In this document: positions 57,013-64,000 of the stretch, one piece after another
Layout of the letters: each line of letters opens with the position of its first letter
Position numbering within the stretch: position 1 is the first letter of the stretch
Assembly (NCBI GenBank): GCA_963768945.1
Contig: CAVYJW010000003.1
Span: 849,586-913,585 of the forward strand
Source: an uncultured Actinomycetes bacterium
GTDB lineage: Bacteria; Actinomycetota; Actinomycetes; Streptosporangiales; Streptosporangiaceae
DNA: 64,000 nucleotides
Direction of reading: 5' to 3'
Made by a program: the position numbers and the translations under genes
The notes under the pieces: model-generated
The model's input: only the letters and a program-made list of their open reading frames with translations
Databases searched by the model: none
Told to the model about the DNA's origin: nothing

Positions 57013-58163
57013 CCCTGCCGACTTTCACCGAGCACACCCTGCCGTACTGCGTGTTCTCCCGCGGCTCGGACAGCCCCCGGGTGGGGGCTGCCCTCGGCAC
57101 GTACCTCGTTGACCTGTACCGGACCTTCGGCGACCCGATCTTCGCCGCGCCCTCGCTCAACGCCTTCATGAGCCGCGGGCCGCGGGCCTGGCAGCGGACC
57201 CGGGAACGGCTGCTCGGGTCCGTCCAGGGCGGCCAGATCAGCGAGCTCGTGCCGGTCGCCGAGGCCACCCTGCACCTTCCGTTCGAGGTGGCGGACTTCG
57301 CCGACTTCTACTCCTCGCTCGAGCACGCGACCAACGCCGCGCGGGTCCTGCGGCCCGGTGATCCGCAGCTGCACCGCAACTGGCGGGAGATGCCGGTCGG
57401 CTACCACGGCCGGGCAGGCACCGTGGTGGTCAGCGGCACGCCGGTGCCGCGCCCGCGCGGGCAGCTGGCCCCCAGCCACGCGCGGCCCGAGCTGGCCCCG
57501 ACCCGCCGGCTGGACTTCGAGGCGGAGATCGGCTTCGTGGTGGGAGTGGGGTCGGCGCCGGGCCAGCCCGTGCCGGCCGGGGCGTTCGCCGAGCACGTGT
57601 TCGGCGTGGTGCTGCTGATCGACTGGAGCGCGCGCGATATCCAGGCGTTCGAGTCCCGGCCGCTCGGGCCGTTCCTGGGCAAGTCTTTCGCCACCACGAT
57701 CTCACCGTGGGTCATCCCGCTGGCCGCGCTGGAGCAGGCCCGGGTGCCGTCCCCCGCCCAGGACCCCGAGCCCCTGGGCTACCTGCGGGACGGCCAGCAC
57801 TGGGGCCTGGACATCGACCTCGCGGTGAGCATCAACGGCCAGGTCATCTCCCGGCCGCGCTTCGCCAGCATGTACTGGACCGGGGCCCAGCAGCTCGCGC
57901 ACCTGACCGTGAACGGTGCCGCGCTGCGTACCGGCGACCTGTACGGCTCGGGCACTGTGTCCAGCTTCCGCCGGGACGAGATGGGCTCGCTGCTGGAGAT
58001 GACGGCCGGCGGCCGGGACCCGATCAGGCTGCCGGACGGCCAGACGCGCGGCTACCTGGCCGACGGAGACACGGTCACGTTGTCCGGGTCGGCGCCCGGC
58101 CCGGGTGGCTCGCGGATCGACTTCGGCTGTGCGACCGGCCTGGTCGTCCCCGGGGCGGGCTGA
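57009..58163 (+). CDS. fahA: fumarylacetoacetase
   Basis: FSRGSDSPRVGAALG..., VGYHGRAGTVVVSGT and DFEAEIGFVVG are typical of the FAH family, and the gene sits next to hmgA. Confidence 0.85.
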   Translation: MTLPTFTEHTLPYCVFSRGSDSPRVGAALGTYLVDLYRTFGDPIFAAPSLNAFMSRGPRAWQRTRERLLGSVQGGQISELVPVAEATLHLPFEVADFADFYSSLEHATNAARVLRPGDPQLHRNWREMPVGYHGRAGTVVVSGTPVPRPRGQLAPSHARPELAPTRRLDFEAEIGFVVGVGSAPGQPVPAGAFAEHVFGVVLLIDWSARDIQAFESRPLGPFLGKSFATTISPWVIPLAALEQARVPSPAQDPEPLGYLRDGQHWGLDIDLAVSINGQVISRPRFASMYWTGAQQLAHLTVNGAALRTGDLYGSGTVSSFRRDEMGSLLEMTAGGRDPIRLPDGQTRGYLADGDTVTLSGSAPGPGGSRIDFGCATGLVVPGAG

Positions 58164-58244
58164 CCGCGGTCACGGGCCAGCCGGGTCACGGGCCAGAGTA
58201 CCGGGCCAGCAACGGCTACCGGGCCAGGAGAGGCGCCTGCCCGA

Positions 58245-59918
58245 TCAGCCGTCCGCCCTGCCGGATGAGGCCGGCGGCAGGGCGGCCTGGAACGCCTCGA
58301 GGGCCTCACCCGCCGTGTCGAAGTACGCGTCCGGGCCGGCGGTGCCGGTGATCCCGTAGTGCTCGAGCTGCTTGCGCACCGGTGTCAACAGGCTGGTCAC
58401 CACGAACTGGATGTGCCGTTGATGCAGCTGCGCGATGATGCCGCTGAGGATCGCGGAGGCGGTGTAGTCCACGTCGCCGATGGCCACGCCGTCGAGGACG
58501 AACCAGCGGAGCGGGCCGCCCTGGGAGCTGATCGCGATGAGGTCTTCCAGCAGCCGGGACCCGTTCGCGAAGTACAGGCTGGTGCCGAACCGGTAAATGA
58601 CCAGCCCCGGCTCGGTCCGGGCGCCGGGCGCCACCGGCGTGGTCTGCCAGTGCCCGGCCGCCGACTTCACCAGCACGCTGTTGCGCGGCCGGTAGCTGTG
58701 CCGCAGGTGGTCGATGATCGAGGCGATCACGGCCACCACGATCCCGTCGGTGACGCCGAGGCCTACCACCGCCGCCGCGGTGATCACGGCGACCACGAAC
58801 TCGTGCCGGCGGACCCGCAGGAGCCGCCGGATGCCGCGTACATCCACCAGCTCGACGCCGATCAGGAACACCACCGCGGCCAGCGCGGCGTTCGGCAGGT
58901 AACTGAGCGGCCCGGTCGCGACGAGAAGTACCAGGAGGGCCACCGCGCTGGTGGTCAGCGTGGCCAGCTGGCTGCGCCCGCCCGCGTCGTCCACGATCTG
59001 GGTCTTGGTGGGGCTGCCGTTTACCACGAAGGTGCCGGTGAACGCGGCGGCGATGTTGCCGGCGCCCAGCCCGATCAGGTCGGTGTCCGTGCTGAACGGC
59101 TCCGCGTACTTGGCTGCGTAGGCGCGGGCCGTGGCCGCGCTCTGGGCCAGGATGACGATGAAGATGGATGCCGCGGTGCCCAGCAGCGAGATGGCGTCGT
59201 GCAGGCCCAGGGCCGGGAGCTCGAAGGCGGGCAGCCCGCGGGGAACGTAGCCGACGACGCTGACCCCGTGGGCGGCCAGGTCGGCGGCCTTGCTGGCGAT
59301 GATCGCGCCGACCACGGCGATCAGCGCGCCCGGGATCCGGCGGGTGATCCGGCGGGCCACCATCATCACCGCCACCACGCTCAACGAGACGGCGACGGTG
59401 ACGCCCTGGGCGCGCGGCAGGGCCTCGACGGTCTGCGCGAGCTTGATCACGGTGCGCGGGCTGGGCGCGCTGACCCCGAGCATGTCCGGCAGCTGCCCGA
59501 TCGCGACCTGGATCCCGACGCCGGCGAGGAAGCCGAGCAGCACCGTGCGGGACAGGAAACTCGCCAGGAAGCCAAGCCGGGCCAGCCGGGCGAGCAGCAG
59601 CAGGCCCCCGGTGAGCAGGGCCGCGAGCCCGGCCAGCCGGACGTACTGCGCGGAGCCCGGCTCGGCCAGCCGGAGCAGGGCGGCGGCCAGGATGGCTGCG
59701 GTCGCCGAGTCCGCCGCGACGACCAGGTGGCGCGAGGCGCCCAGCACGGCGAACAGGGCCATCGGGAGCAGCAGCGTATACAGCCCGGTGACTACCGGCA
59801 TTCCGGCGATCCGGGCGTAGCCGAGCACCTCGGGGATGCCCAGTGCGGCCAGCGTGACGCCGGCAAGCAGGTCCGCAGGCACCTGGGCGCGGCGGATCGG
59901 CAGCAGCCCCTGCAGCAT
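58245..59918 (-). CDS. SulP family inorganic anion (sulfate) transporter with C-terminal STAS domain
   Basis: AGVTLAALGIPEVLGYARIAGMPVVTGLYT matches the SulP signature region. The C-terminus is STAS. GGGAG lies 6 nt before ATG 59918. The ORF could extend to 60014. Confidence 0.85.
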   Translation of the reverse strand: MLQGLLPIRRAQVPADLLAGVTLAALGIPEVLGYARIAGMPVVTGLYTLLLPMALFAVLGASRHLVVAADSATAAILAAALLRLAEPGSAQYVRLAGLAALLTGGLLLLARLARLGFLASFLSRTVLLGFLAGVGIQVAIGQLPDMLGVSAPSPRTVIKLAQTVEALPRAQGVTVAVSLSVVAVMMVARRITRRIPGALIAVVGAIIASKAADLAAHGVSVVGYVPRGLPAFELPALGLHDAISLLGTAASIFIVILAQSAATARAYAAKYAEPFSTDTDLIGLGAGNIAAAFTGTFVVNGSPTKTQIVDDAGGRSQLATLTTSAVALLVLLVATGPLSYLPNAALAAVVFLIGVELVDVRGIRRLLRVRRHEFVVAVITAAAVVGLGVTDGIVVAVIASIIDHLRHSYRPRNSVLVKSAAGHWQTTPVAPGARTEPGLVIYRFGTSLYFANGSRLLEDLIAISSQGGPLRWFVLDGVAIGDVDYTASAILSGIIAQLHQRHIQFVVTSLLTPVRKQLEHYGITGTAGPDAYFDTAGEALEAFQAALPPASSGRADG

Positions 59919-60062
59919 CGGCCACTCCCGCGGCCGCCCTGGTGCCCGCCGGACCCACCCGCTCACCGCCCGCACCACCCCCACCCCCATCCGCGCACTC
60001 GATCCCGCCATCATGCCCGCCGCCGCGCCCTGGCCGGGCGGCTGCTCCCGCGGGCCCGCGAC

Positions 60063-60126
60063 CTTTCACGCGGAGCGTGCGCGCGACGGGGTGATTTGCC
60101 CGATTAGGACGCACGCTCCGCGTGAA
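60063..60126. other. 18-bp perfect inverted repeat with 28-nt spacer
   Basis: TTTCACGCGGAGCGTGCG (60063-60080) pairs with CGCACGCTCCGCGTGAAA (60109-60126). Confidence 0.9.
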
Positions 60127-60190
60127 ACGTGGGCCGATGGTCCAGAAGGGGCGCGTGGGTTCAAGGACCGATGGGGTGGTCGGGGATGGA

Positions 60191-60357
60191 GGGGCTGGCG
60201 GGATGGGAAGGGCTGGCGGGACGGGGAGGGCTGGCGGGACGGGGAGGGCTGGCGGGACGGGAAGGGCTGGCGGGACGGGAAGGGCCAGCGGGACGGGACG
60301 GGAAGGGCCAGCGGGACGGGACGGGAAGGGCCAGCGGGACGGGAAGGGCCAGCGGTG
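60191..60357. repeat. G-run-rich tandem array, units of 18 nt (x6) and 23 nt (x2): GGGCYRGCGGGAC(GGGAC)GGGRA
   Basis: Unit starts at 60191, 60209, 60227, 60245, 60263, 60281, 60304, 60327 and 60345. Confidence 0.9.
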
Positions 60358-60370
60358 ACCGGCGGCGGGG

Positions 60371-62890
60371 TCACAACCCCCGGACTCTGGCGCCGGAAGG
60401 GTCGAAGGGCGGGCGGAGGGACACGGTGGCCGGGTACAGGTCGCCGCCCGCGTTGACCTGGTAGCGGCCGGTGCGGAGGAACTCGGGCGTGATGACGTCG
60501 CCGGCCGGGTGCCGGAGGTAGCCGAGGCCGACCGCCTGGCCGACCGCCTCGCCCCAGGCCGCCGAGGTCAGCTGGCCCACCGGCATCCCGTCGCGCAGCA
60601 CGAGCTCACCGCCCCAGAGCATGGGCTGGCGCACCTCGCTGGCCCGCTCGCGCGCCGGGTCACCGACGACGACCGAGACCAGCCGCCGCCGGATCCCCTC
60701 GGCCCGTGCCTTCTCGACCGATTCCCGGCCGAGGAAGGGAACCTCGCCGCGCAGCTTGCAGGCGAACAGCAGCCCCGCCTCCGCCGGCCCGTACTCGGGG
60801 GTCAGCTCGCGGCCGAAGGCCCGGTACCCCTTTTCCAGCCGCATCGACTCGATCGTGTAGTAGCCGGCCTGGACCAGCCCGAACTCCGGGCCAGCCCCGG
60901 TGAGCAGCTCGAATACGCCGACCGTGCACTCGGCAGGCACGTACAGCTCCCAGCCCAGCTCACCCACGTAGGTGATCCGGGTCGCGCGCAGGCGGAAGTA
61001 GCCCAGGTCGATCTCGCGGCTGGTCCCGAACGGGAACGCCCGATCGCTCAGGTCGGCCGTGGACAGCCCGGCCAGCAGATCCCGTGACCTCGGGCCCATC
61101 ACGCCGAGCACCCCGTACGCCGAGGTCATGTCGACCAGCCGCGCGCCGGCGCCCCCCGGTATCCGCCGCCGGATGTGGTCCTGATCCCGCTCGGTCGTGG
61201 CGGAGCTGCTGACCAGCAAGTACTCCTCCGCGGACAGGCGGGTCACGGTCAGGTCGGACTCGTAGCGGCCCCGCTCGTTCAGCATCCCGGTGTACACGGT
61301 GCGGCCCGGCGGCACGGCCACGTCTGCGGTGCAGAGCCACTGCAGCACGCGTTCGCTGTCCGGCCCGCTCAGCAGGTACTTGGAGAACGACGTCTGGTCG
61401 AACAGGGCCACGTCCCGCCGGGCAGCCCGCTGCTCCGCGGCCGACCAGGGCAGCCACTCCGGCTCGTCCCAGCTGTACTCGATGACGGGCGGTCTTCCCG
61501 GTGGTGTGAGATCAGGCGGGGCGAATACGTTGGGCCGCTCCCAGCCCATCCGGCTGCCGAAGACCGCGCCGCCCGCCGCCGTCAGGTGGTGCATGGGGGA
61601 GCGGCGCAGCGGCCGGGCCGTGGCCAGCTCCCGGTTCGGCCACGGCACGGCGTAGTGCAGGCCGAGCACCTCGCCGACCCGGTCGCGCAGGAACTGGTTA
61701 TTGCCATGGAACGGCGCGAAGCGCCGGATGTCGGCCGCGGTCAGGTCCAGGCCCGGGTCGCCGCTGAGGATCCACTCCGCCAGGGCCCGCCCGGCTCCTC
61801 CCGCGGACGCGATGCCGACCGAGTTGAAGCCCGCGCCGACGAAGAAGTTCCGCAGCCCGGGCGCCTCTCCCGCGATGAACTGGTTGTCCGGGGTAAAGCT
61901 CTCCGGGCCGTTGTAGAACTTCTTGATGCCCACGTCGCGGAGCGCCGGGATGCGCCGCTGCGCCTGCTCCATCAGCGGCGCGAAGTGCTCCCAGTCCTCG
62001 CCCAGCAGCTGGAACTCGAACGGGTAGGGGATCGCGTCCGGGGACACCCACGGCTTGGCGTCCGGCTCGAACCCCCCGACGACCAGGCCGCCCACCTCTT
62101 CCTTGAAGTAGGTGTAGCCGTCCGGGTCGCGGAGCACCGGCAGGTCCCGGCCGATCCCGTCGATCTGGTCGGTCACCACGTAAAAGTGCTCGCAGGAGTG
62201 CAGCGGGACGGTCACCCCGCACCAGGCCGCGACCTGCTTGGCCCACTGCCCGGCGCAGTTGACCACGATCTCGGCCTCGACGTCGCCGTCGGGCGTCTGC
62301 ACCCCGGTCACCACGCGGCCGCCCGGCGCGTCCGCGGTCGCGATCCCGGTGACCCGGGTCCGCTCCCGGATCGTCACCCCCCGGGCCCTGGCGCCCTTGG
62401 CCAGCGCGTAGGTCAGGTCGGCCGGGTTGGCCTTGCCGTCGTCGGGCAGCCAGATCGCACCGGCCAGGTCGCCGGTCTCCATGACCGGGTACCGCTCCCG
62501 GGCCTGCCCGGGGGTGAGGATCTCGGCCTGCAGGCCGAAGGCCTCGGCCGCGGCCGCGGTCCGGCGGAGCTGGGTCAGCCGCTGCGGGGTGCGGGCCACG
62601 ATCAGCCCGCCGCAGCGGCGGAACCCGGCGGTCAGCCCGGTCTCGTCCTCCAGCCGCGCGTAGAGGTCCGTGGAGTACTGGACCAGCCGCGTGCCGCTCT
62701 CGGTGGCGCGCAGCAGGCCGACCAGCCCGGCCGCGTGCCAGGTCGTCCCGCAGGACAGCTGCCCCTGCTCCAGCAGCAGCACGTCTGCGCACCCGCGCTC
62801 GGCCAGGTGATAAGCCACGCTGGTGCCGATGACCCCGCCCCCGATGATGACGACGCGGTAGCGGCCGGCGCTGCCGCCCTCGTTAATCAT
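60371..62890 (-). CDS. FAD-dependent oxidoreductase fused to a GcvT-type aminomethyltransferase domain (dimethylglycine/sarcosine dehydrogenase-like)
   Basis: The N-terminal VVIIGGGVIGTSVAYHLA dinucleotide fold and an 839-aa length with a C-terminal folate-binding GcvT-like region. Confidence 0.85.
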   Translation of the reverse strand: MINEGGSAGRYRVVIIGGGVIGTSVAYHLAERGCADVLLLEQGQLSCGTTWHAAGLVGLLRATESGTRLVQYSTDLYARLEDETGLTAGFRRCGGLIVARTPQRLTQLRRTAAAAEAFGLQAEILTPGQARERYPVMETGDLAGAIWLPDDGKANPADLTYALAKGARARGVTIRERTRVTGIATADAPGGRVVTGVQTPDGDVEAEIVVNCAGQWAKQVAAWCGVTVPLHSCEHFYVVTDQIDGIGRDLPVLRDPDGYTYFKEEVGGLVVGGFEPDAKPWVSPDAIPYPFEFQLLGEDWEHFAPLMEQAQRRIPALRDVGIKKFYNGPESFTPDNQFIAGEAPGLRNFFVGAGFNSVGIASAGGAGRALAEWILSGDPGLDLTAADIRRFAPFHGNNQFLRDRVGEVLGLHYAVPWPNRELATARPLRRSPMHHLTAAGGAVFGSRMGWERPNVFAPPDLTPPGRPPVIEYSWDEPEWLPWSAAEQRAARRDVALFDQTSFSKYLLSGPDSERVLQWLCTADVAVPPGRTVYTGMLNERGRYESDLTVTRLSAEEYLLVSSSATTERDQDHIRRRIPGGAGARLVDMTSAYGVLGVMGPRSRDLLAGLSTADLSDRAFPFGTSREIDLGYFRLRATRITYVGELGWELYVPAECTVGVFELLTGAGPEFGLVQAGYYTIESMRLEKGYRAFGRELTPEYGPAEAGLLFACKLRGEVPFLGRESVEKARAEGIRRRLVSVVVGDPARERASEVRQPMLWGGELVLRDGMPVGQLTSAAWGEAVGQAVGLGYLRHPAGDVITPEFLRTGRYQVNAGGDLYPATVSLRPPFDPSGARVRGL

Positions 62891-63776
62891 CGCGGGCCGC
62901 CTCGTCGAGCAGCCGCCCCCAGGCCGGGCTGGTCATCGCGGCCGCGGCCGCCTCGAACCGCTCCATGGCCCAGCCCCAGAAGTCGAACTCGATCGGGCTG
63001 CTGGCGTGCTGAATCGCCCCCCACAGGGTCCATCCGTACCTGCCTATCAGCCCCAGGATCCGGGCGCGCGCGATCTTATTCCGCAACGAACCGCCGTAGT
63101 ACTCACTCACGAGGGCCGCAAGCGCGTCCGGGGACAGTCCGCATTCGGCCCCGATGTTGCCGAGCTCGAAACAGGGATCGTTGTTGCCCGAGTACTCGTA
63201 GTCGATGAGCCAGATCTTCTCGCCGTCGTCGATGAAGTTCGCGGCGAGCAGGTCGTTGTTGCAGGGCACGGTGGCCGGCTGGCGGACGGCGAGGGCCCGG
63301 CGGGCCGCGGTGACCCGCGGCATCAGCTCCGCATACCCCGGCGGGACCGTGAACCCGTGCGCGGTGGCCACGTCCAGGTAGCGCCGCTGGACCTCGAACA
63401 TGTCGAAGTCACCGGCGAACCGGGGCCCTGCGTGCAGCCGGCGGCACGCCTCCGCGACCCTGGGGATGGTGACCGGGTCGGCGAGGTCTTCGTTGCGGAA
63501 AGTTCTTCCGTTGATATAGCCCAGCACCAGCAGGCCGTGCTCGGGGCGGTAGGCGACGACGGGTGCCCCCACCCCGGCGGCCGCGGCGGCGACCGAGTTG
63601 CGGTGCTCGTGGTCCCGGTTGATCGCGAGCAGGTCCCCCGGGGACCAGACCCGGGCCACGAACGTGCCCGCCGGCGTGGTCACCTTGTAGTTCCGGTTGG
63701 TCAGGCCGCCGGGCAGCGGCTCCACCGTGCGCGGCGTGGCGGCCAGGCAGGGCACCTGGTCCAGCAGATCGTCCAT
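62883..63776 (-). CDS. choline/ethanolamine kinase family (APH fold) phosphotransferase
   Basis: LPGGLTNRNYKV, CNNDLLAANFI (Brenner-type motif) and WLIDYEYSGNNDPCFELGN. The stop overlaps the downstream ATG (ATGATTAA). Confidence 0.75.
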   Translation of the reverse strand: MDDLLDQVPCLAATPRTVEPLPGGLTNRNYKVTTPAGTFVARVWSPGDLLAINRDHEHRNSVAAAAAGVGAPVVAYRPEHGLLVLGYINGRTFRNEDLADPVTIPRVAEACRRLHAGPRFAGDFDMFEVQRRYLDVATAHGFTVPPGYAELMPRVTAARRALAVRQPATVPCNNDLLAANFIDDGEKIWLIDYEYSGNNDPCFELGNIGAECGLSPDALAALVSEYYGGSLRNKIARARILGLIGRYGWTLWGAIQHASSPIEFDFWGWAMERFEAAAAAMTSPAWGRLLDEAARDD

Positions 63777-63808
63777 TGCACCGCAGGGTAGAGGCCCGCG
63801 CCGGGAAA

Positions 63809-63817
63809 GGTCTAGAC
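63809..63817. promoter_or_regulatory. palindromic GGTCTAGAC site 1 (HutC/DasR dre-like core)
   Basis: Read directly from the sequence. GTCTAGAC is self-complementary. Confidence 0.4.
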
Positions 63818-63860
63818 GCAATCACGGGAATGTCTCAGTCGTGACCCACTGCGGCAATTG

Positions 63861-63869
63861 GGTCTAGAC
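63861..63869. promoter_or_regulatory. palindromic GGTCTAGAC site 2
   Basis: Identical 9-mer 52 bp downstream of site 1, in the same divergent intergenic region. Confidence 0.4.
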
Positions 63870-63950
63870 AGTAACTCAACCCGGAATTTACGCTACGCGT
63901 CAACCTGCGGCCCCGTCGCAGTGCCCCACAACCAGGGGAGGATCCGCCGA

Positions 63951-64000
63951 TGACCAGCAGCTCCCAGTCCGCCGCGCACGAACGGGATTCCGCCGACCTG
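63951..64000 (+). CDS. 5' end of an unidentified gene (MTSSSQSAAHERDSADL...), truncated by the window edge
   Basis: GGGGAGGA lies 7 nt upstream of ATG 63951. Too short to assign. Confidence 0.35.

Noticed and set aside
60191-60357. CRISPR array, considered for the tandem repeats here and at 8734-8820.
   Set aside because: The units are directly adjacent with no unique spacers. They are too short and too degenerate, and there are no cas genes in the window.
60066-60374. A 102-aa proline-rich repeat ORF (PSRQPF...) whose GTG overlaps the stop of the DMGDH-like gene (GTGA), and the plus-strand (GWRDGEG)n / (GLAGRGG)n ORFs over the same array.
   Set aside because: The array mixes 18-nt and 23-nt units, so no frame preserves a repeat peptide. 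Several frames on both strands stay open simply because the repeat lacks stop codons. I treat it as a non-coding VNTR, though translation cannot be excluded without data.
1-64000. A mobile element, prophage, genomic island, toxin-antitoxin pair or known defence system.
   Set aside because: I found no integrase, transposase, recombinase, phage structural, nuclease/helicase defence-type or TA-like genes. There is no tRNA that could serve as an integration site, and no large compositional break. Only short AT-richer promoter-sized patches stand out. The window reads as core chromosome.

Overview
Very GC-rich (over 70% G+C by eye) chromosomal segment with clear Actinomycetota hallmarks: a mycothiol-type Mca amidase, F420-type DDN and LLM enzymes, a PspC-domain histidine kinase, an MptB/GT87-like mannosyltransferase and ligase-less LigD modules. 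I support about 55 protein-coding genes. I found no rRNA, tRNA, CRISPR array, IS element, integrase or prophage gene, so this looks like core chromosome rather than an accessory island.

Gene content in order:
- drrAB-like ABC exporter, MATE exporter, serine hydrolase, hrpA helicase.
- Envelope-stress signalling block: Ser/Thr kinase, LuxR-type response regulator and PspC-domain histidine kinase, divergent from PspC and DUF1707 genes.
- Two ligase-less NHEJ polymerase genes.
- Sulfur-scavenging block: TauD-family dioxygenase, sulfotransferase, OsmC, VOC.
- Class B PBP, Mca, MFS transporter, GH15.
- SigB/F-type sigma factor with a response regulator-PP2C phosphatase, a CHASE3 histidine kinase and a CheY-like regulator.
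- Translationally coupled ACAD-like / PIG-L / NodS-like methyltransferase / GT2 operon.
- tex, a large GGDEF-EAL sensor, hmgA-gntR-fahA (homogentisate pathway), SulP, and a dimethylglycine-dehydrogenase-like gene plus choline kinase pair.

Main second-look items:
1. A polycysteine upstream ORF whose stop overlaps the start of the TauD-family gene.
2. The uncharacterised four-gene PIG-L/NodS-like operon.
3. A hairpin plus 22-bp tandem duplication covering the RBS of the response regulator-PP2C gene.
4. A G-run-rich 18/23-bp tandem array and an 18-bp perfect inverted repeat upstream of sulP.
5. Two dre-like GGTCTAGAC palindromes.
6. Many short tandem repeats, in frame inside genes and out of frame between genes.

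Caveat: at least 8-9 otherwise intact genes are split by 1-2 nt frameshifts, and one sits plainly in a homopolymer run. This looks more like assembly indel error than biology, so all start and stop calls should be treated with caution.

I did not find convincing evidence of a complete novel multi-gene system such as a defence island. All functional calls come from motif and family recognition by eye; no database search was run.
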